A stretch of 64,000 nucleotides of DNA from Alphaproteobacteria bacterium (lineage in GTDB: Bacteria > Pseudomonadota > Alphaproteobacteria > Paracaedibacterales > CAITNM01): assembly GCA_037138055.1 (NCBI GenBank), contig JBAXJB010000004.1:9297-73296 (forward strand), given 5' to 3'. Position 1 is the first letter of the stretch. Every line of letters starts with the position of its first letter. The position numbers and the translations under genes are program-made. Shown in pieces: positions 8,896 through 21,380 of this stretch. Under the pieces are notes generated by a model. The model was not told the DNA's origin. It did no database searches and saw nothing but the letters and a program-made list of their open reading frames with translations.

Positions 8896-9760
8896 TAGAT
8901 TTAGCTTTCTTGCAGCTTTGCACAATGTAAACCCCACCCAAAATAATAATCACCCCAATGTACTGTGCTATGGTAATTTTTTCCTGTAAAAAGAGAATAC
9001 CAAGAATAATGGTGACAATGGGTTCAAACACAGAAAGGATAGACGCTTTTGTGCTGTTAATAGTACGCATAGCTACGTACACCAGATAAATAGGTAATAC
9101 AGTTGCAAGAATTGCTAACCCGCTGATGTTCCCAATAACCCAAGCTGTAGTTGGTATGTACACAGAGCCTTTGTAGGCTATAAGTAAAGCAAAAACTAAA
9201 AAGTTACCCAAACAAATGCAAAAGGTACCACTTACTACTGACAAGCTTTTAATGGCACGCTGAGAAGAATAAAAATACACACCGAAAGCAAAAGCACAAA
9301 AAAGCCCCCAACCAATTCCTTCTAGGCTTAAGTGCCAATTGCTAGGATCACTTAAGAAAAGAACTCCCACCAATACAATAGCCAGGCCTTTTAAAATAAC
9401 GGAACTTGGTGGATTTTTGCCGTGCAACCAGTCAAGTAGCACTACAAAAATAGGGTAGCAGTAGAATAGAACCATGGCCAACCCGCTGCCAATATACTTA
9501 ATAGCAAAAAAATAAAAGCTAGTGGCACTTGCATAAAAAATAGAAGAAATACCTATAGTCAGCAGACCTTTTTTGGAAATAACGTCCTTCCAATGTTGCT
9601 TAGTATTTAAAAAAGGCAGCAGCACAACAACCGACAAAAGAAAACGCCAAAATAGGAATTCGTTGATTTCAAGCCCTGCTTGAAGCAAATAGACGCCAAA
9701 TAATCCTAAGCTTCCGTAAAGAGCCCCAGACAAAATTGCCATCCACGTTCCTAAATTCAT
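8888..9760 (-). CDS. EamA/DMT family transporter.
   Basis: It has about 10 TM segments with EamA-like repeats. It is convergent with the previous gene and overlaps it by 8 nt. Confidence 0.7.
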   Translation of the reverse strand: MNLGTWMAILSGALYGSLGLFGVYLLQAGLEINEFLFWRFLLSVVVLLPFLNTKQHWKDVISKKGLLTIGISSIFYASATSFYFFAIKYIGSGLAMVLFYCYPIFVVLLDWLHGKNPPSSVILKGLAIVLVGVLFLSDPSNWHLSLEGIGWGLFCAFAFGVYFYSSQRAIKSLSVVSGTFCICLGNFLVFALLIAYKGSVYIPTTAWVIGNISGLAILATVLPIYLVYVAMRTINSTKASILSVFEPIVTIILGILFLQEKITIAQYIGVIIILGGVYIVQSCKKAKSIS

Positions 9761-9882
9761 ATTAAGTCATTCTTACAGTAATGGGTTATATAACAAGTCT
9801 ATATTGAACAGAAACAGAAAGCACGCAGTTTTATGCACTATTTTAAAAATACCTACTTTGTCTTGCTTTATAATTTAATTAC

Positions 9883-9911
9883 TTGACAATTTAGATATGA
9901 AACACTATATA
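9883..9911 (+). promoter_or_regulatory. Sigma-70-like promoter, TTGACA-N17-TATATA.
   Basis: ttgaca lies at 9883-9888, followed by a 17-nt spacer and tatata at 9906-9911. This is 37 nt upstream of the ATG at 9948. Confidence 0.5.
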
Positions 9912-9947
9912 ACGTTCATCATCAAAACACACTATTAAGGAAATCAA

Positions 9948-11903
9948 ATGAAAAAATCGAAAATATTAGCATTGGCTTTGTGCCTTACTTGTTTACCAGT
10001 ACATGGAGCTGCAACTGGAGAGGCTGGCACAGAAAGTGTAGACTTAGCAGCAGTTGGTATGGCTCCTCACTTTAGAGTGTTTAATGATACTGACGCAGAA
10101 CTAGCAGCTGTATACCCCGGCACAATGACAGGCTGGAATAAAGTTGATGTTGAAGGCATTGATATTATTTCTGTAGTCCGCAAAATTGAAGCTGATTGGA
10201 AATCTGCCACTGGAGAAGAAATACTAGCTTTACGTTCTTTCTATTTTAACAAGTTTTTTAATTTCATGGATGGTTTAAAAGAAAGAAGAGAAGATACAAT
10301 AGACATGGCTTTGTGGAATGACATACGCCAAGAAGCAGCTACAGCCGAAGCGGGTGGCGTAGGCGAACTTCAATGGCATTTAGTAGAAGTTATGTTCATG
10401 CGTGGTTTATTATTAGCATCAGGCGGTGGAAGCCCAGAAGCACAAGACTTATTAAGCACAGTTCCTGATATGAAATTATTTTTTGGTGCACTAGCTGATA
10501 CACCAGCACACCTAAGAATACCTGGTCAACCAGTGGTACCTGCATGGCAGCATTCTTCTGTGGCTTGCATTATAAACAGTACTGATGATGAAGCCAGAGG
10601 CCAGGATGTACATAAACCAAGACTACAGCCGCATCCACTAGACTGGGACACAGTAAAACCTATCAGCAAAGAAGCTAAGCGTCTTGGATTACACAAAGAA
10701 GTTTATTTACCAATGGTAGATGCTGGTAAAATTGGCATTACAACTCTGGTAAAAATGTGGTTGCACCAAATTTTCGGCGTACCCTTAACGTATGGCGAAT
10801 ACACTGCCCATGGCATTAATTTAGGTTCAGCTGTTGGCGCAATGCACGACGAAGCACATGGTATTGTTGATAACCGCAGAAGAGAAGTAAAACAAGCAAT
10901 AATAAGCTTGTTGAATGCAGCAAGTGCTGCTGGTAAAAACCCAAGAGCTGAAGCTTTACCACTTGCAACTAGGCACATGGTTTCTCGTTTTAATGCGCTT
11001 AACCAAACATTATTAGCATATGTAGAAGCTAAAGAACGTAGAGCTGTAGAAGCCTTAAGCGCTGCAAAAGCATTGGCACCAGATGATGCTGATAATGCTG
11101 AGCGTAGAGAAGCTGAAAAAATTGCACGTAGACAATATAACACTGGTATTACAGCGTTATTCCAAGCATTGCATGAAGCATATGCAATGAAAGCAAATGT
11201 ACTTGAAGCACCAACCCTTGAAAAGGCAATCACGCGCTTGTGTGCAAACGCTACAAGTGGAGAAACTTCAGAGAAATTTAATGAATTAGAGACTTTCTTC
11301 AATCCACGCTCTGATTTAACTAATGAAGAAATTTTTGCAAGAATAGAAACACGTTCTTTAGCATCAGTTGGCGTTCATGTTTATGGAGCAATTGTACCAA
11401 CGACAATTGCTGAATATGCAGCGCAAGGTAAAGTCTTTATGGACACGTTGCAAGTAAACCGTGGAGCAGTATACACAGAAATACTTTTTGATGTGTTTGG
11501 CGGAAAACGCGTAAAAATACAAGTGCCAACGACACACTATTTGGTAAACACTGCAAAAGATGAAAATGCCGTACTAAGTTTAGTTGGGCAAAAGGTATCT
11601 GAAGCTAATGTGCCAACCAATGAACAAAGACAAGACTTGCGGGAAGCAGATGAAACAATCAAAAAAGTAGCTTTAAAGCGAATAGAACGTTGGTTAACAG
11701 AAGTTGAAGCACGCACAAACACTTTAGTTTCTGGCTTAACCGCTGATGTGTTAGCTCATGTTCCTGCTGAAGCGATGGCTGCTTACAATCAACTAGTAGC
11801 AGCCCAAAATGATGAATGGACAAGATTTATGCCATCAGTAGCGTTGATCCCATGGGTTGCACCAGCACCAGAGGTTGCACCAGCAGTTACAGAAACTGCC
11901 TAG
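9948..11903 (+). CDS. Large secreted hypothetical protein (651 aa), rich in Ala and Glu.
   Basis: The signal peptide is MKKSKILALALCLTCLPVHGA. The ORF is long and clean and sits between its own promoter-like site and a terminator. No domain was recognised. Confidence 0.75.
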   Translation: MKKSKILALALCLTCLPVHGAATGEAGTESVDLAAVGMAPHFRVFNDTDAELAAVYPGTMTGWNKVDVEGIDIISVVRKIEADWKSATGEEILALRSFYFNKFFNFMDGLKERREDTIDMALWNDIRQEAATAEAGGVGELQWHLVEVMFMRGLLLASGGGSPEAQDLLSTVPDMKLFFGALADTPAHLRIPGQPVVPAWQHSSVACIINSTDDEARGQDVHKPRLQPHPLDWDTVKPISKEAKRLGLHKEVYLPMVDAGKIGITTLVKMWLHQIFGVPLTYGEYTAHGINLGSAVGAMHDEAHGIVDNRRREVKQAIISLLNAASAAGKNPRAEALPLATRHMVSRFNALNQTLLAYVEAKERRAVEALSAAKALAPDDADNAERREAEKIARRQYNTGITALFQALHEAYAMKANVLEAPTLEKAITRLCANATSGETSEKFNELETFFNPRSDLTNEEIFARIETRSLASVGVHVYGAIVPTTIAEYAAQGKVFMDTLQVNRGAVYTEILFDVFGGKRVKIQVPTTHYLVNTAKDENAVLSLVGQKVSEANVPTNEQRQDLREADETIKKVALKRIERWLTEVEARTNTLVSGLTADVLAHVPAEAMAAYNQLVAAQNDEWTRFMPSVALIPWVAPAPEVAPAVTETA

Positions 11904-11951
11904 TACTATGGAGCACCTAGCTAACCGTAAAAATTAGGTAGAATTAAATCA

Positions 11952-11979
11952 GGAGCAACTTTTGGTTGCTCCTTTTTTT
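11952..11979 (+). terminator. Rho-independent terminator.
   Basis: The stem is ggagcaac / gttgctcc with a 5-nt loop, followed by ttttttt. Confidence 0.8.
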
Positions 11980-11983
11980 ACAA

Positions 11984-12859
11984 CTAATCGACAGAACTAA
12001 AGTGCTGATAAGCTTTTTTGTTATTGTTTATAGCAGCTCCGTTTTCACAATCTTTAAATTCATTTTTCAAAAACCGTTGCCAAAATGGGCTAAATGGTTT
12101 TTCAAAAATTTTGACACCTTCTTTTAATAAATTGGATACTGGAACCCAAGTACATTCACTGACTTCTTTACCATCAACCTTTGGTGTGCCTTCAAATTCG
12201 TCACACACATAAAGAAATTCCACCAAAGATTTTTTATCAGGTCGAACTGTATGAGCAACAGCTACAAGCTTTAGTTTGTCTTTATTTAATGTAATGCTGA
12301 CTTCTTCACGGGTTTCCCGAATTACTGTTTCCTCGGGTGACTCTCCCTTTTCTGAAATTCCACCAATAATATTTGCTATAGTTTTTTGTTGTTCATTTAT
12401 TATTAAAATTTCCTTCGCACCTGTTTCGGGGTTATTTCGCAGCAAATATACAGCAGCTGCAGTGTATGCGTAGTTAAGTTCTGGGATATTTCGGCCATTC
12501 GCATAAAGATACGTTAAAGTTTTTAATGTCGTGTCTGATTCACAAAATTTAAGACCAATATTTTCTAGCTTAGTAGAAAAATCCCCATGATTAACTGGGA
12601 TTTTCACATATAATCCATAGTTCTTGTAAGATTTTTGCATTTCTGCCATGACTCTTTTTAGCTGATTAACAGCTCCATTTGATGGAGTTTTAAGCGTTAT
12701 AACAATGTTTTTATATGAATCTATTTTATGATCAAGGCCATTTAATTTAGTGTTTAAAGAAGCAGGAACTATTACCTGTGCCTGAACATCTGCGGCTTCT
12801 ATTTCTAGAAGTACCGATAATGCAACGAATAAGAACTGCAAGTTTTTTAAAAAGAACAT
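11984..12859 (-). CDS. Signal-peptide-bearing Nudix hydrolase with an N-terminal pre-Nudix domain (NUDT6-like layout).
   Basis: The Nudix box GGISEKGESPEETVIRETREEVSI is intact (Gx5Ex7REUXEE). The signal is MFFLKNLQFLFVALSVLLEIEA. Confidence 0.8.
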   Translation of the reverse strand: MFFLKNLQFLFVALSVLLEIEAADVQAQVIVPASLNTKLNGLDHKIDSYKNIVITLKTPSNGAVNQLKRVMAEMQKSYKNYGLYVKIPVNHGDFSTKLENIGLKFCESDTTLKTLTYLYANGRNIPELNYAYTAAAVYLLRNNPETGAKEILIINEQQKTIANIIGGISEKGESPEETVIRETREEVSITLNKDKLKLVAVAHTVRPDKKSLVEFLYVCDEFEGTPKVDGKEVSECTWVPVSNLLKEGVKIFEKPFSPFWQRFLKNEFKDCENGAAINNNKKAYQHFSSVD

Positions 12860-12936
12860 TGGGAACGAAAAGTTAAGTAACTAACAACGTTGTAAGTTAT
12901 ATTTTTTTGATAAACAAGTCCCTGATTTATGATTGA

Positions 12937-13851
12937 TTATCCTTCAATAAAACTAAAGCGTTGATACGCTTGTTTGTTTCTATTGATAGCTGCACCTTTT
13001 TCTAAGTCTTTAAACTCCCCCTTTAAAAGCTTTTGCCAAATGGGACTGAAAGGTTTTGCAAAAATTTTGACACCGCTTTTTAGTAATTCTGAAAGTGGGG
13101 CCCATGTATATTGACGAGCTTCAATTCCATCAGCGATTGGCTGACCTTGAAATTCATCGCAGGTATAGAGAAATTCAACGTAGGATTTTTTATCAGCCCT
13201 GACTGTATGACATACGGCTACTAACTTTAATTTAGATTTATTTAAGTCAACACTTACTTCTGCACGAGCACATCTAACTACAGCATCTTCCGGTGATTCC
13301 CCCTTTTTCAAACAGCCACCTACAAGATTAGATATAGTTTTTTGGGGTTCATTAATAACTAAAGCTTCTTTAGCACCGTTTGGATTAGTCCGTAATAGAC
13401 ACACTGCTACCACTGAATAAGCATAATTTATATCAGGAATACTGCGCCCATTGGCATAAAGGTAGGTTAAAGTTTTAGCATCGCTATTTAATTCGTACAA
13501 TCGTAACCCCAACTTTTCTAACTTTGCTGAAAACTCCCCTGCACTAACTGGAATATGAACGTATAAACCATAGTTTCTGTATGTTACGCCCATTTCTGTG
13601 ATTATCGTTTGAAGAGAAGAAATATTTCCCGATGTAGGCTCATCAAGCGTTATCACAATATTTTTGTAAGCATCTAGTGTGTATACGTATTTTTCTTTTT
13701 CTAACAAAGTCATTAAGTGATCAGGAATAACAGTTTGCACCTGAACTTCAGACGCTTCTCCTTCCAAAACTTTTATTGCTTCAGCGGCCTCTATTTTGAA
13801 TAAAAAGGAAATAATAATGAATAAGAGAGGGCAATTTCTCAAAAAAGTCAT
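12937..13851 (-). CDS. Paralogous signal-peptide-bearing Nudix-fold protein with a degenerate Nudix box.
   Basis: It aligns along its length with 11984..12859. The box reads GGCLKKGESPEDAVVRCARAEVSV, so RETREE has become RCARAE. Start 13851 (MTFLRNCPLL...) aligns with the paralog start; the track ORF extends to 13881. Confidence 0.75.
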   Translation of the reverse strand: MTFLRNCPLLFIIISFLFKIEAAEAIKVLEGEASEVQVQTVIPDHLMTLLEKEKYVYTLDAYKNIVITLDEPTSGNISSLQTIITEMGVTYRNYGLYVHIPVSAGEFSAKLEKLGLRLYELNSDAKTLTYLYANGRSIPDINYAYSVVAVCLLRTNPNGAKEALVINEPQKTISNLVGGCLKKGESPEDAVVRCARAEVSVDLNKSKLKLVAVCHTVRADKKSYVEFLYTCDEFQGQPIADGIEARQYTWAPLSELLKSGVKIFAKPFSPIWQKLLKGEFKDLEKGAAINRNKQAYQRFSFIEG

Positions 13852-13975
13852 AAATTTTAATAAAATCAGACAATAATGCATGCTAACTTAGCCTCTAAAA
13901 CATTTCAACGGCTTTTCGAACAAGAGTTTTTTGTGTAATGATTTAACGCAAGTATAACTATTTTAAAAACGAGAA

Positions 13976-17223
<3,248 letters not shown>

Positions 17224-17240
<17 letters not shown>

Positions 17241-17331
17241 ACAGCGCAACCGCGCACTTTTATGGCTGCTAGTAGGATTAAGCTTGCTACTGTATGTAGT
17301 AGCATTTATTAGAATGAAAGGTAGCATTTAA
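17224..17331 (+). CDS. Small single-TM protein (35 aa), below the ORF-track cutoff.
   Basis: The sequence is MDKHFKQRNRALLWLLVGLSLLLYVVAFIRMKGSI. It overlaps the ctaB 3' end by 17 nt, and its TAA overlaps the amn ATG (TAATG). Confidence 0.4.
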
Positions 17332-18782
17332 TGGCTTGGGAACATCTTAAATACGCAAAATGGTTTGATAATGCAGACAGTGCTGTTGACTACATTCACG
17401 AACTTTATAACAAAGCCGTTTCACAAATTTGTGATAATTTCAGTGAGTTTGAAAAAAGTGGAGAAGTTCCAAATGATCATGCTGAATTTAGTTATTATCC
17501 CTTCATTGGTGTAAGCATTGGTCACGATGATTTATTCGTTGACCCGAGTTTTGCTTATGGTGTGATTAATGAACCAGGACATTATGGAACAACCGTTACC
17601 GCACCAGAACTTTATGATGCATATTTTCGTGAACAAATAAGCTTAATTATTGAACGCCACGGTGTTTCAGTTGTAGTTGGGCATAGCGATTGTAAAATCC
17701 CCCTACCCTTTGTAATTGAACATTCGCACGCACAATTTGATGTTGATGAGCTTATGAGATTGAGAAGTAATTTTGTGCTTCCTGATTTAAAGCGAATAGA
17801 TGATTCTTTTGCCAATGCCACTTTTGTTCCAGATGGTTATCGACCTTTAGCTTTGTTCACAGGAGAGAGAGTAGATTTTTCTTTGCAACGACTCCACCAT
17901 TACACAGGCACTCCACCTAACCAATTTCAAAATTTTATTCTGCTTACAAACTATCAGCGCTATATAGACGAGTTCATTAGCCAAACATCACACATAATTG
18001 AACATCATCGAAAAGATGACTGGGAACTAACTGGACCTGGTGGAGCAGTTTTAGCATCGCATAAACAAAACACAACTGAATTGCCAAAACTATTGCCCCA
18101 GATGCCAGCCTACCACTTTAAAAAACCTGGGAAAAATGGCATCAGCATTATTAATATTGGTGTGGGCCCTAGTAATGCGAAAACAATTACTGACCATTTG
18201 GCTGTTTTAAGGCCTCATTGTTGGGTTATGCTTGGGCATTGCGCTGGACTCAGGGCAAGCCAAGTTCTCGGAGAGTACGTACTAGCAGACGGGTATGTAC
18301 GTGAAGACCACGTGCTAGACGATGATTTACCAAAATGGGTACCTGTGCCACCAATTGCTGAAATTCAGCAAGCGCTTCAACAATCTGTTTTACACATTTT
18401 TGGAAAAGGTGAATGTGAGCTAAAATCTGCCATTCGTACAGGTACGGTACACACAACAGACAATCGTAACTGGGAATTACAAAGCAAAGCACTGTACGAA
18501 AGATTCCGCCAAAGCCGGGCGATTGCCGTTGATATGGAATCAGCAACTATAGCAGCTAATGGATTTAGGTTTCGCGTGCCATACGGCACACTATTATGCA
18601 TTTCCGACAAACCTATTCATGGGGTAATTAAACTTCAGGCCATGGCCAATGAATTTTATAAAAATAGGGTAAACAACCACTTGCATGTAGGTATCGAAGC
18701 AATGGAAATTTTACAAAAAATGGATCCACAACGATTGCATTCTAGAAAGTTAAGAGGTTTTGATGAGTGTCCGTTTAGATAA
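17331..18782 (+). CDS. amn: AMP nucleosidase.
   Basis: Its length is about that of Amn (483 aa). The C-terminal PNP/UDP-phosphorylase-type domain contains VDMESATIAANGFRFRVPYGTLLCISDKP. Confidence 0.8.
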   Translation: MAWEHLKYAKWFDNADSAVDYIHELYNKAVSQICDNFSEFEKSGEVPNDHAEFSYYPFIGVSIGHDDLFVDPSFAYGVINEPGHYGTTVTAPELYDAYFREQISLIIERHGVSVVVGHSDCKIPLPFVIEHSHAQFDVDELMRLRSNFVLPDLKRIDDSFANATFVPDGYRPLALFTGERVDFSLQRLHHYTGTPPNQFQNFILLTNYQRYIDEFISQTSHIIEHHRKDDWELTGPGGAVLASHKQNTTELPKLLPQMPAYHFKKPGKNGISIINIGVGPSNAKTITDHLAVLRPHCWVMLGHCAGLRASQVLGEYVLADGYVREDHVLDDDLPKWVPVPPIAEIQQALQQSVLHIFGKGECELKSAIRTGTVHTTDNRNWELQSKALYERFRQSRAIAVDMESATIAANGFRFRVPYGTLLCISDKPIHGVIKLQAMANEFYKNRVNNHLHVGIEAMEILQKMDPQRLHSRKLRGFDECPFR

Positions 18783-18829
18783 AACATTCAACTAAGGAGC
18801 AATCAAAAATAATTTTATGTCTCTAGCTA

Positions 18830-18857
18830 TTGACTTTTTAAGTAAAAAAACTATATA
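18830..18857 (+). promoter_or_regulatory. Sigma-70-like promoter, TTGACT-N16-TATATA.
   Basis: ttgact lies at 18830-18835 and tatata at 18852-18857, 47 nt upstream of the ATG at 18905. Chance occurrence is plausible in AT-rich DNA. Confidence 0.3.
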
Positions 18858-18904
18858 CCCTAAAGCGTTTTATATAGATTAAAGCAATATGAGAAAATAT
18901 TAGA

Positions 18905-19162
18905 ATGGGGAGAATGGTTATGAAAAGTAATAATTCTATCAGACTGGTAAAATATGTTAACGATTCAGAAGCAATGCTAGGGAGTCAAATCCACAAGCAC
19001 AGTGTAACAAGAGCAATTCTATCAGAGGATTTCAATTTCAACCCTGATTTGATTGCATATACCATGCTAGAAGCAGTAAAGAAATTGAAACAACAGAGTG
19101 ATTCCATTGACTTATCCCCCGACAAGAGCTTTCGAAAAGTCTTGGGCATTGAAGGGTTTTAG
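18905..19162 (+). CDS. Small hypothetical protein (85 aa), uncertain.
   Basis: It is the only ORF in the 329-nt gap between the convergent amn and ftsY genes and has a promoter-like site upstream. Its 3' 51 nt overlaps the ftsY 3' end. Confidence 0.3.
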   Translation: MGRMVMKSNNSIRLVKYVNDSEAMLGSQIHKHSVTRAILSEDFNFNPDLIAYTMLEAVKKLKQQSDSIDLSPDKSFRKVLGIEGF

Positions 19163-20017
19163 GTCATCAGCGCCTTCACCAACGCCGAGTGCAACAATTG
19201 GAATGACAAATTGTTTTGATAATGCAACAACAACACCGCCTTTGGCGGTACCATCTAGCTTGGTAACAACTAAACCGTCAATGCCTATAAGCTCTTGAAA
19301 AATTTTAACTTGATCTATAGCATTTTTACCGGTTGTAGCATCTAGCACTAACAAAACTGTATGTGGTGCAGATGGCTCCGCTTTTTTGAGCACTCGAACA
19401 ATTTTTTCTAGTTCGTCCATTAGGTGTTTTTTGTTTTGTAATCTACCAGCAGTATCGATACATAAAACATCAGTGTTGCTTTGAATTGCTTTTTGATAGG
19501 CATCAAACGCTAAGCCTGCAGCATCACCACCTGGTTTTGTAATACAAACATCTATACCTAAACGTTTTCCCCACACTTGCAATTGTTCAACTGCTGCTGA
19601 ACGAAACGTATCACCAGCTGCCCAAATTACTTTTTTTCCTTCGCCAATCCACTGTTGGCTTAATTTAGCAATAGTGGTAGTTTTCCCCGCTCCATTCACC
19701 CCGATCATTAGAATAACGTGTGGCTTGTTGGTAATGCGCAAAGGAACTGCAACAGGCACTAAAATTTTGGTGATTTCCGCAGCCAGCCATTCCTTAATTT
19801 CTTGTTCTGAAATTTCTTGGTGCATACGCTGTTTTTTCAACAAATCACGAAGCTCAGAAGCAGTTTGTACCCCAAGGTCAGCTGCAATAAGCATTTCTTC
19901 AAAAGCATCTAAGGTGTCTTCATCTAACTTTCGATGCAAAAATACAGATGTGATTCCTTGAGTAATGCTTTGAGAAGTCTTTGAAAGGCCAGATTTTAGT
20001 TTTTGCCAAATGCTCAC
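19112..20017 (-). CDS. ftsY: Signal recognition particle receptor FtsY.
   Basis: SRP GTPase motifs GVNGAGKTTT, DTAGR and TKLDG are present. Confidence 0.9.
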   Translation of the reverse strand: MSIWQKLKSGLSKTSQSITQGITSVFLHRKLDEDTLDAFEEMLIAADLGVQTASELRDLLKKQRMHQEISEQEIKEWLAAEITKILVPVAVPLRITNKPHVILMIGVNGAGKTTTIAKLSQQWIGEGKKVIWAAGDTFRSAAVEQLQVWGKRLGIDVCITKPGGDAAGLAFDAYQKAIQSNTDVLCIDTAGRLQNKKHLMDELEKIVRVLKKAEPSAPHTVLLVLDATTGKNAIDQVKIFQELIGIDGLVVTKLDGTAKGGVVVALSKQFVIPIVALGVGEGADDLKPFNAQDFSKALVGG

Positions 20018-21276
20018 AGTAGTTGTCCGATAAGATGTTGATTCGTATTTTGAACAATTTTAACGGAAATTACAGATGAAATGCTAGCTGCCCCTGGAAT
20101 TTGAATAGGGGCAAAATGATCAGTTTTACCTTTTATGGTGCCATTCTCTGATTCTTCAACCAGCACGTTCAAGGTTTGACCAGTAAACCGTCCAAAAGTT
20201 CGACTTACGGCTAGGTCACCTTGATCACGGAGCTGACGTGCCCGTTCTTTAATAATACCTCCTGGTAGCTGCGGCATGCGCGCTGCAGGTGTTCCAGGAC
20301 GAGGTGAATAAGGAAACACGTGAAGATAGGTTAAATCACACTCGTCAACAATGCGGAGTGAATTTTCAAACATTTCATCAGTTTCTGTAGGAAAACCTGC
20401 AATTAAATCGGCGCCAAACACAACATCCGGACGCAGCATTTTTGCACGGTTGCTAAAGGCAATAGCATCTTCACGCAAATGGCGACGCTTCATGCGTTTT
20501 AAAATCATGTTATCACCGGCTTGTAAGCTAAGGTGCAAATGCGGCATAAGTTTTGGTTCATCACCTATTAGTCGCCATAGGTCTTCATCAATTTCCACAG
20601 GATCAAGGGAAGACAAGCGAAGACGTTTTAATTCAGGAATAAGTGCCAGAACGCGACGAATCATTTGACCAAGGGTTGGCTGACCCGGCAGATCAGCGCC
20701 ATAAGCAGTGATATCAACACCTGTGAAGACAATTTCTTGATAGCCATTTTCCAAAAGACTACGGATTTGTGCAACAATTTCTCCAATAGCAACACTTCTA
20801 GAATTTCCACGACCATAGGGAATAGTGCAGAATGTGCAACGATGATCACAGCCATTTTGCACTTGCACAAAGGCACGGGCTTTACCATCAAACCCTGATA
20901 CCAAATGAGCAGCGGTTTCTTTAACTTCCATAATGTCGCTAACAACAACTTTGTCGGCGCTGTGCAAATTCATGTACGTGTTGAGCTGCATTTTTTCTTC
21001 GTTGCCGATAACCTTAGAAACTTCAGGCATTTGCTGATATTGAGCAGGATTAATCTGAGCACTACACCCTGTCACAACAATTTTCACATCAGGATTTGCT
21101 CGGTACATTTTACGAATTGTTTGGCGTGCTTGACGTTCAGCCTCTGCTGTTACGGCACAGGTATTAATGAATACAGTATTAGCCACCCCAGCCTGAGCAG
21201 CTAAGTCTTGAATGACTTTTGATTCGTATGTATTTAAACGACAGCCAAGCGTAATGACCTGATTCAAAGATGACAT
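20014..21276 (-). CDS. mtaB: Radical-SAM methylthiotransferase, MtaB-like.
   Basis: It has the N-terminal UPF0004 domain (TLGCRLNTYES), the radical-SAM motif CDHRCTFC and a TRAM-like C-terminus. It is coupled to ftsY. Confidence 0.7.
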   Translation of the reverse strand: MSSLNQVITLGCRLNTYESKVIQDLAAQAGVANTVFINTCAVTAEAERQARQTIRKMYRANPDVKIVVTGCSAQINPAQYQQMPEVSKVIGNEEKMQLNTYMNLHSADKVVVSDIMEVKETAAHLVSGFDGKARAFVQVQNGCDHRCTFCTIPYGRGNSRSVAIGEIVAQIRSLLENGYQEIVFTGVDITAYGADLPGQPTLGQMIRRVLALIPELKRLRLSSLDPVEIDEDLWRLIGDEPKLMPHLHLSLQAGDNMILKRMKRRHLREDAIAFSNRAKMLRPDVVFGADLIAGFPTETDEMFENSLRIVDECDLTYLHVFPYSPRPGTPAARMPQLPGGIIKERARQLRDQGDLAVSRTFGRFTGQTLNVLVEESENGTIKGKTDHFAPIQIPGAASISSVISVKIVQNTNQHLIGQLL

Positions 21277-21380
21277 TTCTGCAGCAACTTGTTAAAAGTT
21301 CCCAAATATAACACAACTACCGAAAAAATTGGGAATTATATTCGCCGATACTATTACCAGCTAGTTAAACATGAAAAAAT

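Noticed and set aside
10845-10862. An HDEAH motif in the 651-aa protein, considered as a possible zinc-metalloprotease site.
   Set aside because: The motif is H-D-E-A-H, not HExxH, because the catalytic Glu is not at position 2. No downstream third-ligand motif was recognised.
10703-11302. A 199-aa ORF antisense to the 651-aa secreted-protein gene.
   Set aside because: It lies entirely inside the longer, signal-peptide-bearing + strand ORF. Its Ala/Ser/Leu-rich low-complexity translation is what is expected from reading GCN-rich codons in reverse, and it has no RBS or independent support.
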